Positions 37,243 through 49,815 of a stretch of 64,000 nucleotides of DNA are shown in pieces (position 1 is the stretch's first letter; each line of letters starts with the position of its first letter). The position numbers and the translations under genes were made by a program. This stretch comes from Callorhinchus milii (taxonomy: Eukaryota). The notes under the pieces are model-generated. The model saw only the letters and a list, made by a program, of their open reading frames with translations. It was not told the DNA's origin and did no database searches. The DNA lies in assembly GCF_018977255.1 (NCBI RefSeq), contig NW_024704743.1, forward strand, positions 103,728,001-103,792,000. The letters run 5' to 3'.

Positions 37243-37815
37243 TCTCTCCCTGTTTGTCAGCCTTCCCAACTCTTTCCTCCACAAGCTGCAGACATCCAGA
37301 ACTTTGCAGCTTGTGTCCTCTCCCGCACCAGGCACTGTGACTATCACCCCCACCCTCAGCCGGCTCAATTGGCTCCCCATCCCCCTGAAGATAGAGTTCA
37401 AAATCCTCATCATTGCTTTCAAGTCTCTCCACAGTCTTGCCACCTCCAAACTTTGTGGCCTGTAAACACCATATCAACCTGTATGCTCCATCCTCTCCGT
37501 AGGCCCCGGCTTGCTCCAGGTCTTCGCCAAGCCCACTCCATCGGCGGTCGGGCCTTCAGCCTCTATGCCCCCACCCTTTGGAACTCACATCCCACATTCC
37601 CTTTGCCTCGCACCCTCCTTTGCCCCTTCAAGGCGCATCTCAACACTTCTCTTTGACCGTGAATTCGGCTACCTTCTCTGCCCTCCACCCTCCCTGATCA
37701 CAATCCCAAACCCTCCCACTACCTGCTCGGGTCGAAAACCCTGATTGTTCAGTGCCATGAGACATCCTCCCAATGTGAAAAGCGCCATACAAATGTAACT
37801 TTGTATTGTATTGTA
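37243..37815 (+). mobile_element. Decayed L2 3' fragment
   Basis: ITPTLSRLNWLPIPLKIEFKILIIAFKSLH and IGGRAFSLYAPTLWNS in different frames. Confidence 0.88.
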
Positions 37816-38242
37816 ATATGAAGAATAGCTTGTAGGTTCAACTCCCAGAAAAGATAAACATGCATGGCTTTTTCTTCTGGTACGGTTATGCTTCAGATGC
37901 GATTTGGTGTTAGAGAGCTACAACCCATAAACAGCAATTTAACACTGTAGTTTAGTAATGGCTCAGCGGAAGAGCACTTACTTCACACCTCTGTGGTCAA
38001 GCATCTGACTCTTGGCAGTGACAAGAACCAATCTGGAGTCAAACTTGATAAGTCTGCCAGAGCTCCCAGCCAGCTGCTTGTTCAGACAACCAATTGACAA
38101 TGCTGGTTTGTTGACCCAAGGATAGATTGGAGCGTGGCTAGAATCCCAGCTAGTGGCCACTAATGTGCAAATGCCACTTATATTTCAGTGAAGCCCTGCC
38201 AGTAGAATCAACAGAACAAAGAACAATTTTGCACAACTACTA

Positions 38243-39059
38243 ATTTCCTTACTCCACACACCTAATAATAATCCCTCAAGAAGAAAAAATGAAAATTTGA
38301 TCACTTCAATCCACGACCATTTGAGGGACACTGCTGTGCGCAATTGGCTGCCGCGGTTCGCCCACAAATGTACAGTCAAGTCATTTTACAGTATATTCTG
38401 TGAAGCGCTTTGAGACGTCCAGAAGACGTGAAAAGCGCTATATCAAATGCAATGATTATTATTATTGTGGATTGAGGTGGTCAGTTTAGTATTGTGTTTT
38501 TTTTAAAACCAGGCGTGTGGAATAAGGAAACTTGCCCAAGGAATCGAAACCAGGTCTCTCGCTTGTGAGGCGAACGTTCCAACCACTGAGCTACAGAACT
38601 TCACTGAGCTACAGGAAGAGGTATACATATCTACTTGCAGGGTTTGTTGCTCTCAGCAGTAATCCACTCATGACCAAGGTAGTGCATTGCCGGCTTCTGC
38701 AGAGCACTGCAGAGTTCTGTTTTTTTCTTACTGGCAGGGAATGGAAGTAAACAGTGCCTCTCCTGTGGTAGTCCGTACAAATGTACTCAAAAATAAATCA
38801 GTGCAACATTGCTGAAAGTAGGAACAAAAGGTTGCTGGTTTCCACAGCAAAATAAACAAAGCAAGTGCAAGATGTCACTTTGTCACTAATTTGGTCACTT
38901 CAATCCACGACTGTTTGTGGGACGCTGCTATGTGCAATTGGCTGCCACATTTTGCCCACAAAATGCAGTCAATTCACTTTACAGTATGTTCTGTGAAGCA
39001 CTTTGAGAGATCTAGAAGACGTGAAAAGCACTATATCAAATTCAAGAATTATTATTATT
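38243..39059. mobile_element. Composite: headless plus SINE (38243-38466), minus SINE head (38467-38604), duplicated unique DNA (to 38875), second plus SINE 3' half (38887-39059)
   Basis: 38357-38875 aligns directly with 19882-20427. Confidence 0.88.
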
Positions 39060-42000
39060 CTACAAGCAACTCTACCAGTACTGAATATCGTTTACAAAAA
39101 AACAATCAATTTGTTTTAGTGATAAACTTTTTATTGGACCACTTTTGTATAACCGTAGCTAAGGTCAGAGTTTGGAAATTGCAATACCATGATTTTTTAT
39201 TACATCATTGTGTTCGGTTTCAATACATGGAGAAATATTTAAATTAAAAAGGCACTACAACTTATTTCTGTACTCTCTAAAATTTACAGACATACAGGAA
39301 ATTGGACTCGATAATGTAAAATGGCATAGGAGTGAGTAACTTTGTACATGAGTGGGCACCCTGACTTCACTGTGTAACCATCGCCATTAGACATTTTATA
39401 GGCAAACGCTGCAGGTGATTTCTGCACAGCAATATCTCACAAACAGCCACAAAGTGAATAACTAATTGTAACTGGGCCCAGGGATGGAAACGAGTCATTC
39501 TGTACATGACTGACCGCCTTAACTTCACTGTACAACCATTCCTATTAAACTTTTTATTCATGCTCTCGGCTCCTTAAGAGAATCATGGGAAAGGCCTGCG
39601 AGTAAAGTCTGATTTCCAGACACATCCTCTGGCCTCCTAATGAAATTAATAATAAAAATAGTATCTGATGCAACACCTTTCACATCGAAAAGGTATCTCA
39701 AACCATTTCACAGGATTTACTGCAAAATGTAATGATGTTAAAGACCCAAGCTGCCAGTCGAACAGAAAAGGCAGTTTCTCCCAGTATCCTAGCCCTCAGT
39801 TAAAATTAGTCACTCCTTTCGTGGCTGTTTAATGGGATACTGCTGTGCACAAACTAGCTGCAGCGGTCACTTACAAAATGCAGTCACTGTACTCTATAGT
39901 AAATCCTGTGAAGCGCTTTGAGACCGCCTCCTGACAAAAAAGGCAGTTATATTGAACACAAGGATTATTCTTGCTCAAATTCCATGATTTGTTCAGAATA
40001 AAGCTGAACTTTTTTTTAAAATTTCACACAAAAGATTAAAAATTCTCTCTTCAGCAATTCCATCCTTGAAATATTCAAACACTCTTAACTAACAGCATTG
40101 CTGTTAAAGGAATCAGGTTAATTTGTGCCGGTAGAGATCCAATTTCCCTGGGTGACCTAATCTAATAGCCTTGTTAAACAGGCGGAAAAAAATCAATGTT
40201 CCAAATCTGAAGCAAAATGCATCTCAGGCCAAGCTGTAAAAGTTTACGCAAGGCACTGCTTTATACTGAGAGCCTGTACAAACTGCTCCCTTGAATGAAC
40301 AGTCACAATTTAACTCTGTGATTCACGTGAGAAAAGTGACGATTTAAAAGACTTTCCCATTGTGAATGCTCTTCGTGCTCTATTTTTACCTCTGGTGTTT
40401 GGATTGTGTCTCCAAAATATACGCCAATATCTTCATTATTGGCAGTGACCGTTTTAGTAAAAAACATCAGCAAAACCAAGTGCAGAGACAAGGGCCCAAA
40501 ATCCACCCTTGAAAGGTCACGTACCCTTTGACTTAATGTTTAATTGCAATCTCATAACAAATGGCACTACGTGGATTTCAAGAGGGGAGCAGACAGGTAT
40601 ATGAAAATTAGAGGCTTTAAGTTAGGACAGTTATATAGACATTACTGCTTCAATAAAGATTTTTTGGGGGGAGACTCAATATCAGTGAGAGCCTGAAATA
40701 GGGTGCTCAAGAAACATATCCATTAGTCACACTGAACAATCAGAACTGTGGACAGTTTATTCTGTTCTGTCTATTCTGCAACACTGCTTATCCTTTCTAG
40801 AGCTGTTTTTTTTGGGGGGTGATGGTGGTGGGGGGGGAGGTGGTTAAGCAATGAATAGCTGTGATGCCAATATACTATACAGATTATACAGTGGAGCCAC
40901 ATTAAAACGGTGGTTGGGATCCATAAAATCTCACCAGTGCTATCATGAGGCAACTTTTAGTCAACTGGTTCCTATGCTAAAAGAAAATTGGTTTACTGAC
41001 TTCAGAGTCATCAGGCTGCCACCAGCGTCACTTCCAGTTTACTGTGTGAGGACAGGTTGGCAAATCTCCACAGAGCAATCGCATTATAATCAAACTTACG
41101 CTACAAATAGCGTTATAACACGGGTGCAATGTAGCATGAATTATAACTGTAAACTGATACACAACAAAAAACTGCACTTTCATACAGTCTTTTCACATAA
41201 CTGTTTGTTTTACAGGAATTACCAAGTGTCATGGCTGTAAATCTTGGCAGCTATTTACGTACAACGTGACCCCATGAACCACCAAGAGATGACTAATCTG
41301 GCAGAATTAATATACACTAAAGGAAAGTCTGTTCTCTATTCAAATAGGTCATGGGATCTTTAACATCTACCTGACGAATAGACATCAAGGCAGCTGTAGT
41401 GTGCAAAGAGTGAACTGATGTTCCAACTGGCCATCTCCAGAGATGGAATTCCCACCCCAGGCTAAATGTCCATCACTGGGCCAAGTATTCAGACAAGTTT
41501 GGGGAGAGGAGAGGGTAGGTTTTACTCTCAGAAAATACTCTCATTAGTTCTTGATCCACTTATCAACAATGTGTTAATTATCATGGTTTTCACACAACTG
41601 TTAATTGCCTTTGGGTGGATGGATAAGAGGTAAAAATGCAATACTGAACTTCTTTAACAAGTCGTCACCATTATCTTGAATGTCAGCACGTCAAACTAGC
41701 ATAAACACACAATTCTACATAAACATTGCTCCTAGTCAGGACTGCTTGTCTCAAAAACGCCATGAGCAGCTGTTAGGAACATTTCTGGTTTTAGCAGCTG
41801 CTCTTAGTGATGGAACACTGAAAGGAAAGGATTCATTTAAACAAATGTCCTCCATCCATTCTTTCAAACGCCACAACAAAACGTCAACATCGGGAAGATA
41901 TTAGGAGCAAGATTTATGATTTAAAAGAATCAGCCAGTTTGCACAAAACCCTATTCAAAGCTGTCATTATTGCTCAGAATAAGACATCTCAAAATGTGTT

Positions 42001-42844
42001 ACCTTCGTAACATTCAAACTGGAAACAGTGAGAGTCGATAGTTCTGAATTGCTGGGCAAGGGTCCTCATTATACAGCTGAAAGCTACTGAAAACAGATGA
42101 CTAACTGCACTCTCCTCATCTCAAAGTAACATGAAGAATCCAGCATTTTACAATTGGATCACACTCAGTACATATTGTGAATTAAAACCATGCTTCTGAC
42201 ATAGTCACGACCATAATACGCAACTCGCCTTTACCCGATAGATTTACACAGGAAATGTAGGGTCACAAATTGTACAGGCTTTTAGATCAAGGACTGGTTT
42301 CCTTTCCCCTTTCCTCACCAGAGGAGTGTCCAGAAAATATGTATAAAAAGGCCTTAGGACCTAAACTTTTTTTAACGCTAAAGACTGCTCAATTATCCAT
42401 ATTGCTTTCAGTCAATATAAATTATTCCTCCAAATATTGCAAAACATATATGCCTTCCTGTCCTCCTGGCTCAGTTGGCAATCCTCTTGCTTCTGAGTCA
42501 GAAGGTTATGAGCTCAGGGATTCTGAACTCAGCCTAGCGTTCAAAGCTCAAATAGAAAAACAAATCTTTAAATTCTATTATATATTTATATATATATATA
42601 TAAAAACTTATCCATCAATATGATCAAATAATCCATGAAACATCAGTTCTGAGAAAGAGGAAGGAAATGCCTATGCGGGGCAGGGGGAGTGGAAAGAAAG
42701 GGAAGGGGCAGCATATTGTACTGTAAGGTGGAGATGTGAAAGTAGGTCCATATTTGGAATATTGCTCACTCAACTTTAGCAGTCGGAGAGGATTTTACCC
42801 AGAGTGTTCCTCAGGGAGACTAAATGGCCAGGTAAAGAGCAGGT

Positions 42845-43087
42845 GTGGCAATGGCGCCATCAGATACAAAGCCTTCGGATTCTACACCCTTGACTTGCGG
42901 AATTTCCTACTTCTATCCCCTCAACCTCGCCCCTGTCTTCAAATCACGCTTTAACACCTACCCCTTTGATCTTGCCGATGGTCCCCTCCCTCTTCCCCCT
43001 GCTTGGCATGCAACCTCGTTTTCTGAATTACTCCAAGACATTATTCGATGTGAAGGGCATTATATAAATACAAGTGGCTGTTGTTGT
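42845..43087 (+). mobile_element. Old L2 3' fragment
   Basis: KAFGFYTLDLRN and FKSRFNTYPFD resemble the L2 C-terminus; tail GTGAAGGGCATTATATAAATACAAG followed by TTG repeats. Confidence 0.7.
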
Positions 43088-44904
43088 ACAAAGACAATAC
43101 TCGCATTAATGTCAACCACAGTTTCTCATCCCGAAGCTCCACGGTAGTAACTTTATGTTAACGTCCACTTTAGCTTTCTAAAAGAGGGATAAGTACAGTC
43201 TTTCTCCATTCGCCCTTATATAATCCTATGCTATTATAGCACCATAAAATGGTGTACTATGAATTACATTCACAATTATAGTAAATTCAGTCATAGGAGC
43301 AATGAACCTTTTTTGGGTCAGTCGAGTGTCTGGTGTGAAACCTATGATCATGTTTAAGAGTATCCAGACAGAGTCCCAAACATGTATGCCACCGAATAAT
43401 GGAAATTTCACAGAGTGCGTGGAGTGCGTCTTCTCTGCCCGGAGGGATGCACCTTCAATTCGTCTAAAATCAGAGATCGGAGCAATAGATTTTACAATTC
43501 AGTTTAATGTAATTTTATATTTCAATTGGTCCCAGATATATAGAATCTGCACCAAGCTCCAAAAGATTACGCTTCGAATAGGCATTCATTTTATAATTCA
43601 TACTCAGTAATCCATTCTTATTTTTATAAATGCAATATTATCCTGCTGAGGATCGGTTTCAGATGCTGTAGTATCAGTTTTCAGATACTAGTTATACTGG
43701 AGAATAACAAATATTTTGTGGAAGTCATAATAAATATTACGGACTGAACTGATACCACTTATGCAAGTTTTATTGTGTTACCGGTCTTGACGGTCAGTCG
43801 CCATCTCCTTAACAGCATGATTAAGGTACAAGATTTTGATTTCCAACTCAAAATTGGAGTAAGTTATATAAAGTAGCAGACAATGTGGAGAGAATGTCTG
43901 TAATTCAATCCTGAGCTTCCATTAAAATGGGCATGATTCCCGCATAATCCAAACCTCTTGTTATGTTGTTAATAATAGTAGGACACCGTGAGCAGAATCA
44001 ATTGGAGATGACACTGATTGCACATCCACCTCGCCCCATTTTTTTAAGAGCTACAGGGAGAAGCTTTCCACATGAGAGGAATGAATATGTACAGAAAAAG
44101 TCGACGTACATAAGATGACAAAAAGCAATAACTAACATAATGCACCGATAATGGATCATCTACTTTGCTAATTTACTGCCAAAAATTCAAACCAACTTAA
44201 TTTGGCAGCAAACTGGTAACGTTAAACCCCTGTTTTTCTCTCCTCTCCTCCCTTCTCTTTCCCTCACTCACTGTGCAGCTCCTAAGCAGGTCAACTCCAC
44301 CCACATCATCAATGTACCTCCACTAATACAAACAGCTTTGACACTGGAGGCAGATATAGCAAAGTAACACAACCCTGACTGGCTGGATGTTGAAGCACTC
44401 TCACCTCCCATCCCCATCCGTGTACAGGGAGCAAAGCAGTCTCAATCACTTGCCTGTACATGCATCCCCAGCCACTGGGGAGTCACCGGAGACCCATCTT
44501 TCCTAAAATAACTACAGGCACACAAGTCCCCACTGATAGTGCCTACACAGTGGGTATAAAACTCTGCCTTTTTAAAAACTAAAATCTTTGGTTGATGCAG
44601 CAGTTCTGAAACGTAAAGGGAGAAGAAAAGCAAATGTCCAACATCCTCAATATTCATACTCCAGGTCACCCTAACCCACCAGCAGTAGTGTAGACAGCAC
44701 TAAATGCAAGTTGTTGTTGTAAAGGGTTGCAGCCAGCGGTCTTTGAGGAACTGCAGGCACCATTTTTTTTCCTGCATGCAAGAACCCACTCGTACAGGTA
44801 ACTGTCTTGCGCAAAGCATTTCCACTCTCTGCAGGAGAGTATGGATGAAGCACAGTATACCTCAAATTTCCCACATTATGTTTTTTGACACTGTGCTTAC
44901 GACA

Positions 44905-44969
44905 ACTTGCATTTATATAGTGCCCCTCACGCGGCTATGCTGCGTGAGGGACACTATATAAATGCAAGT
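44905..44969. repeat. 31-bp inverted repeat of a SINE/L2 3' tail with a 3-nt loop
   Basis: ACTTGCATTTATATAGTGCCCCTCACGCGGC-TAT-GCTGCGTGAGGGACACTATATAAATGCAAGT; 29 of 31 positions complementary. Confidence 0.95.
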
Positions 44970-47900
44970 CCCAGAGTGCCTATTCACATTAAACCATAGT
45001 CATAAAGGTGGATGTTAAAGATCCCATGGCACTTTTCAAAAAAAGATTTGACTGCCTTGGTGAATCAGATCACAGTCGGAGAAAATCCCACTTAATGTAC
45101 GAGTTTCATCCCTTCGTTTTAACTGCATCAGATTGTTCATACAAATGAAATGAGAAGTAATTTTTAAGTCCCAATGACTGATAGAAGAAACCTAAATCAA
45201 AGACAACAGTTTAACATCACTTGGTAGATACTCCTTCCCCATCCCCCAACCAGACTAAAGGCATGAAAAAAAAAGGTTTCCCCCATTGGGGCTTACAATC
45301 AGTTTCACTAAAATAGTGCAGCAAATGTACTCAATTACATTACATAGGATACAATGTGATGTTTGGGCCTTCTGACCTTAGCCAAAATGCAGTTTAAGGT
45401 GCTAAAGGCATCACAGCAACCCTGGAGCACTAAATAATCTTGTAATAAGCAAGCAATCCAATCTGCAGTGCATAAGAAGGAAGGTGCAAGGTTCCAGATG
45501 CATCACATTTAATTTGTAGCACTCAATTCCACTCAGTCAGAAACTCCAAGATGCGCCAATGAGGCTTGATGATGGGTAAAGTAGTTGTAAGTAATACTCG
45601 CATAGCAATAGCTTATAAAAGCTGAGGGCTCTTTTCAGGAATTTAATTACAAGATCACAACAGTGGGTCAGATAAAGAGGCCCTTCGACTAATTTGATAA
45701 TATCCTTCCAGAATACCCATCCTACTGTCCTCCCAGTGCCCAGGCCTCATCCATCCTTTCTGACAATCTGGTATTTACCCTCTGGGCAAAAAAAACTTCC
45801 TGGTATCTGTCTTGAAAAAGCTTATTGCAACTGTGGGATTGGATGGCAGTAAATGGCAATTTAACATTCTGCTACCCAACCTGTACCTTTTAATGAAGTT
45901 TTGCCATCTTGTCACCTGATTATTTTATTGCTATTTACCCTGAATATTACTCACTCAAAATTGCACTGTCTGTGTGTGCATCTCTCAGTGTCAAGCGATG
46001 GCAGCAAAATAGATATTTTGCACTTTCCAGGCAGTTTTAGAGGTGTATATTGAATTTAAATAATCAGATAAAGCTGACAACAGCACAGTCACTGATCTCT
46101 TATTTCCCCCATATAATCCATCTGAAAATAAAGAATTTCAACATGCAGGAATAGCTTGAAGTGTCGATATAAATCTCATGAATAAATTCAATATTCATAT
46201 CCTCTATTACACGGACAATACAATTTCCATGTATATAGCACCTAATGCGTAAGAACGTCCCAAAGTGTATTCACAATGCTGGATAGACACCTGAGCTGGG
46301 AGGGAACATGACTGAAAGCAGTGTCAAAGAGGTATGTTTTGATATGCCCCTACCTTCCTACATACCTTGGTCTCTCAAGGTCTTAACCACTTAGATATGT
46401 TATACAGTAGTTGTATTATTTTTAACTTCACATTATATTAAACTATGATAAATTTCAATTCATATTTGTAAATGGAAATCATGTACATAATTGCTGAGTT
46501 GTAAATCATCAATTTTAACATAACATTTTAGTACCCGACTATATTATATGTAATTGGTTTGAGTGATAATGATGGATTCATTGCATGCAATGCATTTCAT
46601 CTAATAAAGTACATTAATTGTATGTGTAGGTTATTAGTGTTATAGTGTTCCCAGGGACTGCCCTGTCAATAATTAGGTTATATTTGTAATAACCATCAAC
46701 TTCTCTTAGTCGGTGATGACTTGGAATGATTAACTCCAGCAGCACTGTCACTGAATTCTCAGCCCTCTCTGCCAAAGCTGCAGCGTTCCTGAGAGCAGGC
46801 TGTGGTTCGCCTGTTCTGACCGTAACTAAATACGCCCATGTCCGGACCCTTCAGACAGGGATGAGCCTACAGAATTGGCTTCCAGCAGCAATCAATGCTT
46901 CATTTCTAAACACAGGCAGCGTTGATCCGATACGGATCAATTATGAGTGCTCGGTCCACTCCCGAAACAACCATCAGTTCCAGTATAAATCTGGTTATAC
47001 TGCAGTCAGTTTCAAACCAACTATTAAACTGTTTTTCAAACAAACTAAGTTAAAAAGTTCTTGTGTGGTTCAATTCAGCTTTGAGGTTAGTTGAGAGCCC
47101 GTCTTACCCTGGCCTCTTTCATAATAGTAAGGTGTCCGTTATCAGAGCTTGCCTCAATCTCTGGACAAGAATGATTCAGGGCAGTTTCTAGGCATCACGC
47201 CATTCCAAGGGTATAACCAGCAAATGTGTTTTATATTATAATACCTTAAAGACACTTTCAACTGTACATTTGGGAGAGAAAGTGCATGTTCTTATAACCA
47301 TATAACCAACCGCATGCCAATAGTACTGAAAAAACCTTTATGAGAAACAACAACGATGCAATAATATCCCATAGTCCTATTTGAAACAAGAAAGGAGTCT
47401 CTCCTGGTATCCCAGCCAACAATCCCTCAGATAAAATTTGGGTTATTCACTTCATAGCTGTTTGTATTACATTGCTGTGCACTTGTTCACCTACAAAATA
47501 GTCACTACACTTTACAGCAAATCATGTGAAGCACTTTCAGACATGCTCCTGATGTGAAAGGTTGTTAGATTATTATTACATTATACTAATCCAATTTGCT
47601 ATCATTTCTAGCGAAGTAGCAGTTGGATTCTTACAAAGTACTAAATAAATTAAATCTTAAGCACACACAGTCTTTGTGAGTGAAACGGTTTATTTCAATT
47701 GGATGTTTTCAGTTTCAAAAGTCTGTGAGATGAAAGTCTTTTTTTAAAAAAAACTTTTTACCTCAACTAAAACTGGGGACTATTTTATGGGACTGATAAA
47801 ATGGTTTGGTTGCTCCAGCAAATAGGACTCTGCGGGTTTTTTTCAAAACTATCACCACTGTATGTGAATTTGAAGTCTCAGACACAGCACTTCTGTATCA

Positions 47901-48109
47901 TTCAGTGTTAACACGGCTACATTGCACTCTCCACAGGTGGTGGTGCTCAAGCAGCAGCCTTATTCCTCTGCTCTCATATCAAAGTTCAGTGCACACACCT
48001 CAAGCAAACCACCATGACAGTAGTACTTGCGGACTCTTTTGAGAAAGGTGGTCTCATAGTGCTGCTGCTGCACACTGGCTGCTGCATAGATGAAGCCAGT
48101 CAACTTTTC

Positions 48110-48340
48110 AAAGTGCACATTGGAATGTTTAAAAACCTTCATGTTGAGCTGCCGTTTCATTTCGAGTAACACACAAGACGACTGACTCATCAGCTCTTTG
48201 CTGTGACATGTCGCTGGCAACTGGAAAACCAAGCTTCGTACAAGGTTTGCACATGTAGAGCTGTGCATTCCCCCACCATTGTGATGAGAGTGAACAGTAG
48301 AAGTGCAGAATCTCTTCTGCATCGTCAGCAATACTTCCCC
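48110..48340 (-). mobile_element. Possible fossil hAT transposase C-terminal dimerisation domain
   Basis: With one frameshift the minus strand reads SQWW/GMHSSTCANLVRSLVFQLPATCHSKELMSQSSCVLLEMKRQLN, resembling the hATC pattern WW...P.L...A..L..PAT...ER.FS. Confidence 0.4.
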
Positions 48341-48891
48341 ACATGTACAACAGTGTTTCCAGATGATAGTATAGAGCTACTTCAGAAAGCAGCTCTGCAC
48401 TTCCAAGTACTTTCCCCTCCTGCTGACTTCACCACCTCCACTGTAGCAGCAGGAGTTGTTTAATGGCACAGCTCTCATGTGTTCACTGCTTGCAATCACC
48501 CATCCACCTTCGCCCAATCATTTCTGACACTGCCAGGCGTCTGCAATAGCTCAATTGGTAAATGCACCGTGTAATGTAGCTCTGAGGCATGAACCAGGAA
48601 GGCCCCAAGTCTGAACCCGTCTGTGCTGAGCTAAGGACCAGTTTTCAGTCACTGGCACCTCTGGCCCCTATACATGCAGGTTTGTGTGGAGATTTAAGCA
48701 TGTAGTGTCAGTAGGGAAAAAAAAATATAGAGAGCTGGATATGACCATTGATGTCTATTTGTTCGGTCTTAACGTTTAAACAAAATCAGGTCCTACTCTA
48801 ATTTTCATACCCCTGGAATCAAGGCTGAGTCAATTACATAGAAAGATTGCTTGCCTATTCTTTCAACAAGGTAATGTGAGAGTAGCTTAAG

Positions 48892-49255
48892 TGTCAGTCT
48901 GGCTCAGTTGGTAGCATGCTCTCCTCTGAGGTTGTGGGTTGAAGCCCCACGAAAGGGCTTTGAACTCGGTCTAGGCTGACAACATACTGCTGGGGGAATG
49001 TTACATTGTTGGATTAGACATTAAACCAAAGTCCTGTTTGTATTAAAAATCCCATGGCATTATTGGAAAAGAGAAAGGGGGGGTGTTCTCCTAATGTCCT
49101 AACCAATAACCCCCCAAGACAAAATCAGTCACCACTACCTGTGGCACATTATTACACCCAATTTAGTTGCTACATTTCCCTATAAAATACAGTCATAGTA
49201 CAGTAAATGTGAAGTGCTTTGAAACACCCTGTGAAAAGTGCAAGGTTCATTATTT
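48892..49255 (+). mobile_element. Older DeuSINE
   Basis: Head GTGTCAGTCTGGCTCAGTTGGTAGCA, degenerate body. Confidence 0.78.
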
Positions 49256-49281
49256 GTATTAATAATATCAAAAGGAGAGGA

Positions 49282-49815
49282 AGAACAACATCAAAATTAC
49301 ATTTATAGAGCGCCTTTCACATGGGGAGGACCTCCCAAGGCACTGGACAGTCGAGGGTCAGGACCAGAGCATGGGAGAGGGGTGAGGGAAGGCAGAGAGG
49401 TGGGAGAGCGACTGAAAGCACGATCGAAGAGGAGGATCTTGAGACCGGCCTTGGAAGGAAGAAAGAGAGGAAGCGAGGTGAAGGGACTGTGGGATGGAGT
49501 TCCAGAGTGTGGGGGCAGAGAGGCTGAAAGCCCGGCCACCGATGGGAGGGGGTGAGACATGGAGTAGGCTGGAGCCCGCCGAATGGAGGGAGTGGGCAGG
49601 TTGGTAGGGAGTCAGCAGGTCAGAGAGGTAGGAGGGGAAGGGCCATGGATGGCCTTGAAAGTGAGGATGAGGATCTTGAATTCGATCCTGTGAGGGATGG
49701 GGAGCCAGTGGAATCGGGCGAGGGTGAGAGTGATGGAGTCACGGAGCCTGGTGCGCGAGAGTACACGAGCTGCAGAGTTTTGGATGATCGGAAGAAAGCA
49801 AGCAGGTCGGGGAAG
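49282..49815 (-). mobile_element. L2 3' fragment
   Basis: IQNSAARVLSRTRLRDSITLTLARFHWLPIPHRIEFKILILTFKAIHG and KAGLKILLFDRAFS. Confidence 0.92.
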
